Counted from the stretch's first letter, positions 30,041 through 39,969 are shown. The stretch: DNA of 64,000 nucleotides from an uncultured Gammaproteobacteria bacterium (GCA_964356315.1 CAYHHA010000001.1:51299-115298), one strand, 5' to 3'. Program-made: numbers and translations. The notes: a model not told the origin generated them from the letters alone.

Positions 30041-32227
30041 ATGGAGTCATCATTTGTGCTATTGGAAGTAAAAAACTCCCGGGAAAGTGAAGAAACGCCA
30101 GCTGCGATGGAGCAGGTGTATGCGGCGCTCGGCGCGACAGCGGGGCATGGTGGTTTTCTTGCTTCGTTATTCGGCCCGCGTCACGCTCCAAAATTTTTCA
30201 GCCTTGAACTAGTCTCTGTAAACTCACGACTGCATTTTTTCATCGGCATGCCATCTCTTTCTCAGTCATATGTAGAGAGTCAGATCACCGCGCAGTACCC
30301 GAAAGTGCTTTTATCTCTTTCTCCAGACTATGTTCCACATTTTTTTACACTGCCTCACACCAGTGCGCATCTGACGCTCTCAAACTCGTTTTATTATCCG
30401 CTTAAAACGTATAAAGATGTAAAAGAATTGGATGTATTGGCAAGCGTGTTAGGACAAATGGCAAAATTACCAAATGATGAAGCTGCCACAGTACAGATTT
30501 GGATATCTCCAGCAGGCCACAGCTGGCAACACACAGCGGCTTCTGTTGTTGCTCGAGGGATTCCCGACCTAAGCTCTCCGACCCCTGGTCGTATGAAGCC
30601 ACACCCGCATGCGCGACTTATTGAAACAAAAATTGCTCAGGTGGGGTTTAGCGCAGCAGTACGAATTGCGACGGTCGCTGCAAACGAACACCGAGCAAAC
30701 GAACTACTTCAATCTTTAGGTGGAACGTTTGGTGTATATACATTGGGTGGAGGAAATTCTCTACAACTCACAGAACCAGCATTTTGGAATAAAAAGCGTC
30801 TAGAAAAAGCAATGATTACCAGGAGTGGTGATTTGCTTCCCCGGAACCAAATATTAAACGCATCTGAGCTTGCATCTTTGTGGCACCCGCCTGGGCTCAC
30901 GCTCTCAATGATCAAAAACATCTCATGGGGATCGCAACTCACTGGGGAGGCTCCAGAAAATTTACCCATCGCAACAGACAGCGAAGAAGAGAAAAAAGAA
31001 ATAAATTTTTTCGCCAAGGCGGAACATAAAAATAAGCTGACGACTTTCGGTATTAAAAAGGATGATCGGCGACGACATATGTATATTATTGGGAAGACGG
31101 GGACTGGAAAATCTACCATGATTGCGAATATGGCAATCAATGACATGAAAAATGGAGAAGGCGTTGCTGTCGTTGATCCACATGGAGATCTTTGTGATAT
31201 CCTTTTGGACTATGTACCGTCTCACCGAATAAATGATGTTGTCTATTTGGACCCCGCTGATATTGAGTACCCGTTTCATTTAAATCCACTGGAGGTTCGA
31301 AATCCGGCATACAAAGAGCTCGTCTCCTCTGGCATCGTGTCTATCTTCTATAAACTCTATCATTTGAGTTGGGGGCCGAGACTCGAATATATTTTACGAA
31401 ACACAATTTTAACTCTGACGAACGTTCCTGGTAGCACGCTTTTGCAGGTTCCAGAACTTCTCACGAACGAAACGTATAGAGCAAAAGTTATTGAAAAAAT
31501 GACAGATCAAGTATTAAAAAATTTCTGGCTCAATGAGTTTGCAAAAATGAGCCCACAAATGCGTTCAGAAGCGGTCTCTCCAATTTTAAATAAAGTTGGG
31601 CAGTTCTTGTCATCGCAAACAATCCGAAATATTGTGGGCAGTAGCGTCTCAACTATTGATCTGGAAGACCTGATGAATCAAGGGAAAATTGTTCTCGTTA
31701 ATTTGTCACAAGGGAAACTCGGTGAAGATACGAGCGCACTTTTGGGAGCCATGATCATCACAAAAATGCAACTCGCCGCCATGAACCGTGTGTATCTAGC
31801 AGAGGGAGATCGGAAAGATTTCTACTTGTATGTCGATGAATTCCAAAATTTTGCCACAACCTCATTTATAAAAATTTTGTCTGAAGCCCGCAAATACAGG
31901 TTGGACCTTATTCTTGCAAATCAGTACATAGGGCAAATAGATGAAGATGTGCAGAGTGCTATTTTTGGCAACGCCGGATCTATTATCTCTTTTGGCGTTG
32001 GAGCCGCAGACGCACGACTCCTCACCCGTGAGTTTGGAGAAAAATATGAAGAGAGCGAATTGGTTGCTCTTGGAAATTATGAAACAATGTTAAAGCTCTC
32101 TATCGATAACCACATGAGTTTGCCATTTAGTGCGAAAACCCTCCCGCTTCCAAAGTCCCGAAACCAAAATAGGGAAAAGGTGATCCGCGCCTCGAGGGAA
32201 AGATATACGAAGAGAGTTGTGAAATAA
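30041..32227 (+). CDS. VirD4/TraD-like type IV secretion coupling ATPase
   Basis: RRRHMYIIGKTGTGKS, VVDPHGDL, LYVDEFQNF and SEARKY...LANQY motifs. Confidence 0.88.
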   Translation: MESSFVLLEVKNSRESEETPAAMEQVYAALGATAGHGGFLASLFGPRHAPKFFSLELVSVNSRLHFFIGMPSLSQSYVESQITAQYPKVLLSLSPDYVPHFFTLPHTSAHLTLSNSFYYPLKTYKDVKELDVLASVLGQMAKLPNDEAATVQIWISPAGHSWQHTAASVVARGIPDLSSPTPGRMKPHPHARLIETKIAQVGFSAAVRIATVAANEHRANELLQSLGGTFGVYTLGGGNSLQLTEPAFWNKKRLEKAMITRSGDLLPRNQILNASELASLWHPPGLTLSMIKNISWGSQLTGEAPENLPIATDSEEEKKEINFFAKAEHKNKLTTFGIKKDDRRRHMYIIGKTGTGKSTMIANMAINDMKNGEGVAVVDPHGDLCDILLDYVPSHRINDVVYLDPADIEYPFHLNPLEVRNPAYKELVSSGIVSIFYKLYHLSWGPRLEYILRNTILTLTNVPGSTLLQVPELLTNETYRAKVIEKMTDQVLKNFWLNEFAKMSPQMRSEAVSPILNKVGQFLSSQTIRNIVGSSVSTIDLEDLMNQGKIVLVNLSQGKLGEDTSALLGAMIITKMQLAAMNRVYLAEGDRKDFYLYVDEFQNFATTSFIKILSEARKYRLDLILANQYIGQIDEDVQSAIFGNAGSIISFGVGAADARLLTREFGEKYEESELVALGNYETMLKLSIDNHMSLPFSAKTLPLPKSRNQNREKVIRASRERYTKRVVK

Positions 32228-32283
32228 TGGTTCATGGTTCATGGTTCATGGTTCATGGTTCATGGTTCATGGTTCATGGTTCA
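32227..32283. repeat. Heptamer tandem array (ATGGTTC)x8, left arm of an inverted pair
   Basis: Eight perfect copies starting on the last base of the upstream TAA stop. Confidence 0.95.
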
Positions 32284-32292
32284 GGGGGAAGC

Positions 32293-32640
32293 ATGTTTAA
32301 TTTTGAAAAACTGCGTGTGTACGAGGATTCTTTGGAGTTTGTAGATCGTGTGTATGAGGAAATTTTCTTGTGGCCTAAAGATGAAAAATTTGGACTCGCT
32401 GATCAGTTTAAACGAGCTGCATATTCAATCACACTAAACATTGCAGAAGGAACAAGTAGGACAAAAAAGGATTTTAGCCGCTTCTTAGATTTATCCAGAG
32501 GGTCGTGTTATGAGTGTGTCTCAATACTTAAAATTGCACTGAACAGAAAGTATTTATCACCTGAAAAATATCTTGTGTTATATAATGATCTTGAAATTCT
32601 TTCAAAGAAAATAAGTGCTCTCAAAAATTCTCTACTATGA
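32293..32640 (+). CDS. Four helix bundle protein (23S rRNA IVS protein / Avd-like family)
   Basis: FEKLRVY, EKFGLADQFKRAAYSITLNIAEG and FLDLSRGSCYE motifs; 115 aa from the ATG after GGGGG. Confidence 0.9.
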   Translation: MFNFEKLRVYEDSLEFVDRVYEEIFLWPKDEKFGLADQFKRAAYSITLNIAEGTSRTKKDFSRFLDLSRGSCYECVSILKIALNRKYLSPEKYLVLYNDLEILSKKISALKNSLL

Positions 32641-32718
32641 ACCATGAACTATGAACCATTAACAGTCTACTATCAACCATTAACAGTCTACTATCAACCA
32701 TGAACTACGAACCATGAA
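32635..32718. repeat. Degenerate heptamer array (CYATGAA-type, 12 units), right arm of the inverted pair
   Basis: CTATGAA CCATGAA CTATGAA [CCATTAA CAGTCTA CTATCAA]x2 CCATGAA CTACGAA CCATGAA. Confidence 0.9.
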
Positions 32719-33274
32719 CATTTCTTTACTCGGTGGGGCATTTAACCCACCACATAACGGACATTTGATGATCGCCCAGCAAGTGTTAGATTTTACTAAC
32801 ACTGATGAGGTGTGGTTTTTACCAAATTTCAATCAGAGTCCTCCAAAGCCAGTGGCGTCTATGGAAGATCGATTGGCTATGACACAGCTCTTGGATTTGC
32901 CAAAGACCCGCGTGTCGACCATTGAAATAGATAGCAAGCTTGACGGAGAAACGATTCACATCCTGCCATATTTACCGAAAGAGCATTCATTTTCTTTTAT
33001 CATCGGGTCAGACCAGCTGCCAACACTTCATTATTGGCAAGGATGGGAGGAGCTCCTCCAACAAATGCCATTTTTTGTGTTCCCAAGGTACGGGTATCCG
33101 AACGAACCACTGTATCCAAATATGCACGTTATATCTGATGAACTTCTTGTTGGAAGCAATATTTCCTCTACAAAAATCCGCGAAAGGGTAAAGCGAGGTC
33201 TCCCGATAGACCAACTGGTACCACAAAACATAGCAGAATATATTAGGAAGGCTGGTTTGTACAAGACCTCTTAA
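32714..33274 (+). CDS. nadD: Nicotinate-nucleotide adenylyltransferase
   Basis: GGAFNPPHNGH, FIIGSD and ISSTKIRE motifs. Confidence 0.88.
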   Translation: MNISLLGGAFNPPHNGHLMIAQQVLDFTNTDEVWFLPNFNQSPPKPVASMEDRLAMTQLLDLPKTRVSTIEIDSKLDGETIHILPYLPKEHSFSFIIGSDQLPTLHYWQGWEELLQQMPFFVFPRYGYPNEPLYPNMHVISDELLVGSNISSTKIRERVKRGLPIDQLVPQNIAEYIRKAGLYKTS

Positions 33275-33309
33275 CAGGTCTTGACAGATGACCTGTTTAT
33301 ATATACCAT
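33273..33309 (+). promoter_or_regulatory. Sigma70 promoter with palindromic operator for the TA operon
   Basis: TTGACA 33281-33286, 17 bp spacer, TACCAT 33304-33309; inverted repeat AACAGGTC..GACCTGTT flanks the -35. Confidence 0.7.
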
Positions 33310-33316
33310 ATAGTGT

Positions 33317-33556
33317 ATGAATACTATCTCAATATCTCAGCTAAAAATAAATCCAGCTTCAGCGATAGCTACCGCCATTGATTATCCGCTGGCAGTAGAG
33401 AGTCGAAATAAAATCGAAGCATACCTTGTGGGTAAAACACTGTTTGAAAAAATAATCTCCATGATCGAAGATAAAACAGACACTGTCGTGGTTAAGAGGA
33501 CAGATTTTTCAAAAGGGAAAAATTTTGAGAATGTTGCAGGCGAACTAGGCATATGA
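33317..33556 (+). CDS. Phd/YefM-type antitoxin
   Basis: MNTISISQLK N-terminus; 79 aa; ATGA overlap with toxin. Confidence 0.75.
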   Translation: MNTISISQLKINPASAIATAIDYPLAVESRNKIEAYLVGKTLFEKIISMIEDKTDTVVVKRTDFSKGKNFENVAGELGI

Positions 33557-33816
33557 ATATCCGAATATCGCCCCGGGCAGAAAATGAATTTAAGAAACTT
33601 CCCAAATTTGACCAGATTGCCATTGCTCAAAAAATTCGATCACTTGCTGGCCCCTCTGTCTTGGTGGAAGAGAAGCTTTCCGGGTTCCAATTCATTTTTA
33701 GGGTTCGGGTGGGAAGTTATAGAATCGTATACAAAAAAACAAACGATGAGCGATATATCGTCCTTATCGGACACAGAAAAGATATATACAAAAAACTTGA
33801 AGATTTGTTGAGATAA
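33553..33816 (+). CDS. RelE/ParE family toxin
   Basis: AENEFKKL, FRVRVGSYRIVY and IGHRKDIY motifs. Confidence 0.88.
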   Translation: MNIRISPRAENEFKKLPKFDQIAIAQKIRSLAGPSVLVEEKLSGFQFIFRVRVGSYRIVYKKTNDERYIVLIGHRKDIYKKLEDLLR

Positions 33817-34082
33817 ATTTTATAAAGATTCTATAATAGTACCATGGATATGGGAATGTCCTTAGAATGCAGGTTGAAATTATCATATAATGTATGAGAA
33901 ATCTCGTGAAGAGCAGTATGTTCTTTTGATTCACCATAGAAAAGATAGCCACAAAGCCCCAGGGGGTATTTGTGAGAGATTAGATTTTTACCTCCTTCCT
34001 CTAGGTCGTAGCACTTGCAATGAAAAGCGAATTGCGACCCAATCGTCTTTGAGATACAATTGATAGGTATTCGGAGAAATGT

Positions 34083-37000
34083 ATGAATGAAATAGATAAG
34101 GGGCCATGGAGATTTTTCAAAGATCTAATAAATAAAATACGTAAAGAGCCTATTAAACCACCTGAAAAACCGGTGTATAAGAAAGTAGCCGAGATACGCC
34201 CGCGGAATCGTCCAGAAAGAGTCCTCAAAAAGGCTGACACAGAAAATCTTCAAAAAAAAGAGGTTTCAAAAAAGATAGATAATATTGGTAGGCCACCCTC
34301 CCCAAAAGAAGCTATTGATATATTAAGCGACGCTACAGCGTCAAGCACAGTTGAAGGAGCAAGGCTCGTGTTGGGTCTCCAGCAACTTAAATCTGTTGAT
34401 TGGTCAGCTGTTGACAAGAAAGCAGAATGGCAAAAAATCAACACTGCAATTCTCGGATTGCCTAAAACAGAGTCTCTTACAAGCGCGGATGATATTTTCC
34501 TAAGACAAGCTGCGGAAAAATATGCATCTGTATTTTATTATCAAAATGTTGCAGAAATTGCGGCGGTTCCTGGTTCCGTTGATTGGGTGGGCCCACATAA
34601 AGATTTTGCCGAAGCTCATGCAAGGGATTTGACAGAGCGTACCGCACAGATACAGCGAGCTGAATCTGAAGGTGTAAGCGCACAAAACATTTTGAAAGAC
34701 CTGGATGATGGCCATAAAGATAATCCTCAAACTGTTGAAGAGATAGGTAAGCTTGCCTGGCCCCCCAAACAATACACAGCGGATGATGGATCTAGGCGTA
34801 TTGGAGCGCTATTGGGGGCTTCGGATTATGCCGATTGGATACAAACTGCAGCAGGAAAAACTGATAATCCGCAGGTGATTTCGTTTCTTGTAAACTTGGC
34901 GGAATCTGGCCCAGATGCATTAAAGGATCCAAAATTTTTGTTCACAAAGGCAGTGCAGTTTCGAGAAAAATTAATAAAACCAATGTCGTCAGATGCTGCC
35001 TCTCGTGGCGGTCTTGATTCAATACTTCAGGACATGACAAATCAGATTCAGAAATGTGTTAAAGATGGTGCTCCTTTGTTTGAAAAAATTGGTCCAAACG
35101 AGAAAATGGGACAAATTATTGGCAAGTTTCCGGTGGTAGATTTAGAAACAAAATCAAAAATAGATACGAGCAAATGGTTTGTTAAAGATTCTGGTGGAAA
35201 AGTACACTTTTATGATGATACCACAGGTAAGATAGATGTGCCTGCAGGGTCGCCTATCGCGGATCAGTTGAACGGCTTGGCTGAAGAATTTAATCGGTTA
35301 CAGAACCAAATTAATTCAGAGCCAGAGTCTCTGGTCCAAGGTAATTTGAATCTAAGGGGCACCCGAGAAAAATTGGATAGTATTATGTATGAAATTCGAG
35401 CTAAAGGAGGGGTTGTTCCAGGCATGGCGGTTGAAAAATATCAAGAATTACTGGGCCTGGAGATTGGGTTATATGATCACGGACATGATTACACTGGCTT
35501 AGGCCTTGATGAGCAGTGGAAGGTTGCCGTGCGAGAAAAGGGATTCACGGCTGTAGTAGAAGAGCAAATGCGAATTATTGAAAAGAATACAAGATCTCAT
35601 GAGGGGGATATGTATCAAGGTCAGGCGGCCGCACAAACAATGCAGTATCTGTTTGGATGGTCACAGTATCCTGGGTATATCAATGAATGGACGATTGAAT
35701 TGTCCCGAAAAGGTCTAAATAACGAGCAAATTGCAAAACGATTAAAAGAGATTCTTGACGAGCGAGATATGGCCTCAAAAATCATAAACGCTCGCAAGCA
35801 GCTATTAAGCGCCACCACGCTCTATCATGCTGCTGGGATTCCGTCTGAAAAAATGCCTCAAGTCATGTCTCCAATAGGAGATGAGGGACCACAATTTTTA
35901 TTGACCATCAATGATGGAAGAATTGCAAAAATTCGCGATTTTCTCGATGAATATTATAACAGTGGACAATTCGTGGAAGGTACAGATGATACGCGTCGAT
36001 ATTATGCCCAGACATTTGAAAAACTTAGTAAGGATATGGAGCAGGATCTTGAATATGCAAGTGACTTATTTGGGCTTACACCTGGTCAGATTGAAGAAGC
36101 AGCTTTTCTTGCTGATGAGCTTGCGACTATCACCGACCGAAAAGTAGTGATGATTGGAAAAGGAAAAGCACCTCAAGAGGACAATGTTCACCATATGTAT
36201 TTAGGTGGTGACAGAGCAGAGGAATATGCCTCTGATAGAGAATTCGGCAGGTTTAAGTTTTTCCGTTGGGCATTTTTAGACAACGTGGCTATCCATATGT
36301 ATGAATCTTCAAGTTACTTTGTAGCAAAAATGAGGGGTGCAGAAAAGGTGATAAGCGCGCGCATCGCTGAGGCAAGTAGCCGTCCGGGAGGTAAAGAAGA
36401 GCTGGTAAAAGAATTGTGTTTTATCACAGAGCGTCATATGAGTCTGCCAGAGCCAGACCGAATCAAGACTATAGAAGATCATTTGAAAACACAATTTCGT
36501 AGTAAAGACATGAGAGCAAATAAGAGAACAAAGAATGTTCTTTGGGCAAAGAAAATACCAAAAACGCTTGAAGAAGCGGCGAAGGATGAAAAATGGTTAA
36601 AAGAGCGTATGATGATTCAAGTGGGTTCCAAACAATATGATCGAAGTTTGATGTCTTATACATACTACGACTCCGGGCCCATGGTGTCTGAGGTCTTGGG
36701 GCAGATTCGGGAAATGTTTGAGCCTAATATTGCAGACACGCTTGGGATTAATATGAGCGTCAGAGATGCGTATGCTAATCTCCTTGGAGCAAAAGATCAT
36801 AGTGCAAAGCATCACGCTGAACATGCTCTTAAGCATGAGTTGCAACGGGCTGCAAAATATAATCCTTTAGAGCTCTTCCGAGCTCATGTAGCCCACCACG
36901 ATTTTTATACAAAAGACTGGTTTTCGGGTCTTGATAAAAATATAATGAATGCATTTTTATCAGATAAAGAGATGGCTAAAGGCATACAGAGCTCAGGTGA

Positions 37001-38033
37001 TCTGGTGAAAGCGCTAGGCAAACGACTGATAGCGATAGATACACTCGTTAAAGACGAGGTAAAACAGAATAAATTTATAGCCAGAATTGACTGGAGTAAA
37101 GATTTATCCGCAGAGCATTCGTCCATTGTAAGAAGAGTTCTTCAATCTTTCTCTGGCGCTTCAGGTGGAGGGGATTTGGAAATTGGGTATGAAGAATTTA
37201 CGGGTCTCATGCAAGATATTTCAACACAAGTGGTGGGACAGGACTATTCAATTCACCGCATGATGGATATCGATTACTGGGACTATGGGTATCAGACAGA
37301 ATCTGTGCATGATAGCTGGTTGGATCTACTTGAACAGCCAGATAAGTATGGAAATAAGACGGGTCACACTGATCTTATAAAATTATCACACAGGCTGGGT
37401 GCAAAAAATGGATACGGATCAGGGTCTTTGCTGGTTCGAAATCATGGAGATAAAGAACCGGCAAGAAAGTGTGGTGATTTGATGCTTCAGTTTTATACAA
37501 AAGGCATGGATCAAAAATCACTCATGGAAGCGATTAAAGAAATTGCATTTCAAGATCGTATGGTTTATGGGTCTCCTTGGGACAAACGATCTGTAATCTA
37601 CTTGCTTTCGGGACTATTAGATCAAGCAGCTGTAGACTCAGGATCTGAATGGACATTTGGGACTCTTGATTTTTTTGCACCTAAAAATTCGCCACTTCGA
37701 AGATTGCTAAATGAAAAAGCTGAGGGGTGGACTATACATGACCGATATGAATTCGTGGAAATTATGGAAAATCAAATCCGATCTAATCTTCATGAGATTG
37801 ACCACGAAATGGCAGATGGATTTTTGCAATATGTGAAAATAAATATGAGTCTCCCTGGTTTTAATAAAATAGCAAACGGTAATGTGTGGAAGAAACGCAT
37901 GTATACTGTCGGCGCTATCGCAGCTGTTTCAGGTGCAATTGCGCTAGGAGGTGTGTTTTTAAGCGAGGCAAAAGTAACTTCTCCTGGGTCAGGCGGTGGT
38001 GGCGGGGATGAACATGTGCCACAACATCATTAG
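34083..38033 (+). CDS. Large hypothetical protein (1316 aa) with C-terminal hydrophobic helix
   Basis: Long uninterrupted ORF with GGAG SD; no recognisable motif. Confidence 0.75.
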   Translation: MNEIDKGPWRFFKDLINKIRKEPIKPPEKPVYKKVAEIRPRNRPERVLKKADTENLQKKEVSKKIDNIGRPPSPKEAIDILSDATASSTVEGARLVLGLQQLKSVDWSAVDKKAEWQKINTAILGLPKTESLTSADDIFLRQAAEKYASVFYYQNVAEIAAVPGSVDWVGPHKDFAEAHARDLTERTAQIQRAESEGVSAQNILKDLDDGHKDNPQTVEEIGKLAWPPKQYTADDGSRRIGALLGASDYADWIQTAAGKTDNPQVISFLVNLAESGPDALKDPKFLFTKAVQFREKLIKPMSSDAASRGGLDSILQDMTNQIQKCVKDGAPLFEKIGPNEKMGQIIGKFPVVDLETKSKIDTSKWFVKDSGGKVHFYDDTTGKIDVPAGSPIADQLNGLAEEFNRLQNQINSEPESLVQGNLNLRGTREKLDSIMYEIRAKGGVVPGMAVEKYQELLGLEIGLYDHGHDYTGLGLDEQWKVAVREKGFTAVVEEQMRIIEKNTRSHEGDMYQGQAAAQTMQYLFGWSQYPGYINEWTIELSRKGLNNEQIAKRLKEILDERDMASKIINARKQLLSATTLYHAAGIPSEKMPQVMSPIGDEGPQFLLTINDGRIAKIRDFLDEYYNSGQFVEGTDDTRRYYAQTFEKLSKDMEQDLEYASDLFGLTPGQIEEAAFLADELATITDRKVVMIGKGKAPQEDNVHHMYLGGDRAEEYASDREFGRFKFFRWAFLDNVAIHMYESSSYFVAKMRGAEKVISARIAEASSRPGGKEELVKELCFITERHMSLPEPDRIKTIEDHLKTQFRSKDMRANKRTKNVLWAKKIPKTLEEAAKDEKWLKERMMIQVGSKQYDRSLMSYTYYDSGPMVSEVLGQIREMFEPNIADTLGINMSVRDAYANLLGAKDHSAKHHAEHALKHELQRAAKYNPLELFRAHVAHHDFYTKDWFSGLDKNIMNAFLSDKEMAKGIQSSGDLVKALGKRLIAIDTLVKDEVKQNKFIARIDWSKDLSAEHSSIVRRVLQSFSGASGGGDLEIGYEEFTGLMQDISTQVVGQDYSIHRMMDIDYWDYGYQTESVHDSWLDLLEQPDKYGNKTGHTDLIKLSHRLGAKNGYGSGSLLVRNHGDKEPARKCGDLMLQFYTKGMDQKSLMEAIKEIAFQDRMVYGSPWDKRSVIYLLSGLLDQAAVDSGSEWTFGTLDFFAPKNSPLRRLLNEKAEGWTIHDRYEFVEIMENQIRSNLHEIDHEMADGFLQYVKINMSLPGFNKIANGNVWKKRMYTVGAIAAVSGAIALGGVFLSEAKVTSPGSGGGGGDEHVPQHH

Positions 38034-38050
38034 CCCCTTTTATAAATTTA

Positions 38051-39586
38051 TTATTCGTGATCAACTCCTGGCGGTGGTTTCCCAGCTCCAAGCATTTGAG
38101 GAGCCGCTTTCTCTCCCTTGATGTGCTTCATATAGTATATAAGGGAAGATATTTGAGATCCATAAGAGAGTGCACTTGCCAATGCTCCACCACCTCCACC
38201 TCCAGCTCCTGCGAACGCAGGCTTTGCCTTCAGCGCTTCTTTTACCGATCCAGCTACTGTTGGGATGGCAAAAAGAACACCAAGGGATACAAGTGATGCT
38301 ATTTGTGCCATATCTCCTGAGACTGGTGCATAGGGCGGTGTCCATAGTTTTCCTGCGGAGGCGTTGTTGGAAAAATGGGTAAACACATTTGCAAGCATAA
38401 ACATCCCGGCTCCGATGGGGAACACAGCTAGATTAGAGATCAGATTATTAAACCACGAAGAAAATGCAGTGCTCCCTGGTATGGCCTCCATCATAAGTTG
38501 AAGTGGCGCAAGAAGGAGCGAAAGGATAATTTGAATATAAGACATAAGGAAAAATGCCACAAGGCGAACAAACAGGAAAATAATCGCAACAGTAAGGATA
38601 ACATGAATTATAGGAATGCTTAGGCTTGCTATTCCAACTGGAGCTGCGATTAGTGCGGCCCCTGGCACTGTTGCTAATGCAAGAGCGAAAATAATTCCCC
38701 CAACAGAGAGGTATTTTGCCGTGGCCTGCGCTACAGCATTCGTCCCAAAAAGTATTTTATCTACATCCCAAGAGAGGTTGAAGAAATTTTGCATCAATCC
38801 GCCCTGTCCATAAAGCTGTTCAGGTGTTTTAAATCCTTGAGAGAGTGCAACCCCCTGAGGAGCGTCAAGTAGCGTTGTCGACTTGAATAGCGCAATCAAA
38901 ATATAGATAATCACATACATAAAATCGATCAAAATACCTACAATGGCATAAGAAAATGTGATGAGGATAAGCGCTAGGACAACTTTAGGGATAGCATTTT
39001 GTGCGGTGACGACCGTATGAGGGTCAATTTTTTTCCGGAACATGATCATAAAACCAAGTACAATCATGACAATTGCCATCAGTAAGTATGCGACGTTTCG
39101 AAATGCTTTCCAGACAGGCAAGAGGGGAGCCATGCCAGAAAAACCAATGCCCTGGCCTTGTGCAAACGCCTGTTGGGGTATAAATCCGAGCGTGCGACCT
39201 GTGTCTGCAATCCAGAGTCCTGTATCTGCGGGTCTTTGTGTAAATGTTAAAGCCACAACGTCATTTAATTTCCCAAATGCGCTGTTTTGTATATATGTTT
39301 GCATATCTGCTGGATTGTCTGTGCAGTCAAAGCCAACTCCTAAGCATGACAGTGAATATAATCCATAAATATTGCTTGAGTGTACAGATGATTCCGAATT
39401 CATGGGTGTACCTTGTAGAGCTTTGCCAAATTGGGAAGGAGGCGGAAATTTCCAGGACTCTGCAGCGTGTACAGTGACAGTCAAAGAAAAACAGAGTGCT
39501 ATGCCAGCTAGGTAGAGTGATATGGTGTGTAAATATCTCTTCATGCTTCCTCTATTATTGAGTAATTGTGTTATGGCGTCAATCAT
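38051..39586 (-). CDS. VirB6/TrbL-like polytopic membrane protein
   Basis: W..FRNVAY, IPKVVLALILITFSYAI.G.LID and many TMs; downstream of the pilin array. Confidence 0.65.
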   Translation of the reverse strand: MIDAITQLLNNRGSMKRYLHTISLYLAGIALCFSLTVTVHAAESWKFPPPSQFGKALQGTPMNSESSVHSSNIYGLYSLSCLGVGFDCTDNPADMQTYIQNSAFGKLNDVVALTFTQRPADTGLWIADTGRTLGFIPQQAFAQGQGIGFSGMAPLLPVWKAFRNVAYLLMAIVMIVLGFMIMFRKKIDPHTVVTAQNAIPKVVLALILITFSYAIVGILIDFMYVIIYILIALFKSTTLLDAPQGVALSQGFKTPEQLYGQGGLMQNFFNLSWDVDKILFGTNAVAQATAKYLSVGGIIFALALATVPGAALIAAPVGIASLSIPIIHVILTVAIIFLFVRLVAFFLMSYIQIILSLLLAPLQLMMEAIPGSTAFSSWFNNLISNLAVFPIGAGMFMLANVFTHFSNNASAGKLWTPPYAPVSGDMAQIASLVSLGVLFAIPTVAGSVKEALKAKPAFAGAGGGGGGALASALSYGSQISSLIYYMKHIKGEKAAPQMLGAGKPPPGVDHE

Positions 39587-39969
39587 GGTGATTGCAAGAT
39601 ATTAAATTTTGTTATGGTGTCTGTTGTCCCCGTGAATGATCCAATCACCCGGAGGATCAGATATGCGCTCACAATGACGACGAGTCCGATAATGGCATTG
39701 GTTAACGTTCCCTTGGCTTGTTCGAGCTTTTTTTGATCTCCTTGGGAAAAAAGAAACGAAAACCCACTAACGATGAACATGAGAAATAATGCTACAGCCC
39801 CAAGGGAAATGGCTGTTTTCACAAAATTTCGAAACAAATTTTCGAGCGACCCGATGGTTGCGACATCTGTTCCTTCGTATGTAGTTAGGGTTTCAGCTAT
39901 GGCATAGGGAGCAAGTCGTAGAGACATAATCCCGAGGGCTATATAGCTTGCAATTCTCTTTGCAGTCAT
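39583..39969 (-). CDS. TrbC/VirB2-like pilin
   Basis: TM-SQGDQKKLEQAKGTLTNAIIGL-TM core. Confidence 0.8.
   Translation of the reverse strand: MTAKRIASYIALGIMSLRLAPYAIAETLTTYEGTDVATIGSLENLFRNFVKTAISLGAVALFLMFIVSGFSFLFSQGDQKKLEQAKGTLTNAIIGLVVIVSAYLILRVIGSFTGTTDTITKFNILQSP

Noticed and set aside
32227-32292. N-terminal MVHGSWF repeats in ORF-track proteins (also 28342-28428 and 45895-45966)
   Set aside because: These are translations of heptamer arrays. Family homology and RBS positions point to downstream starts at 32293, 28341 and 45967.
32293-32640. Diversity-generating retroelement (Avd-like gene)
   Set aside because: No reverse transcriptase and no TR/VR repeat pair recognised in the window; the protein matches the general four-helix-bundle family
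32635-32718. Possible CRISPR array (21-bp duplication)
   Set aside because: Direct tandem units with no unique spacers, and no cas genes in the window
33833-34070. Minus-strand open frame containing HEISH (HExxH-like), and an anti-SD-like CCTCCTT on the plus strand
   Set aside because: No suitable start codon and no other supporting motifs; could be chance or a small gene remnant
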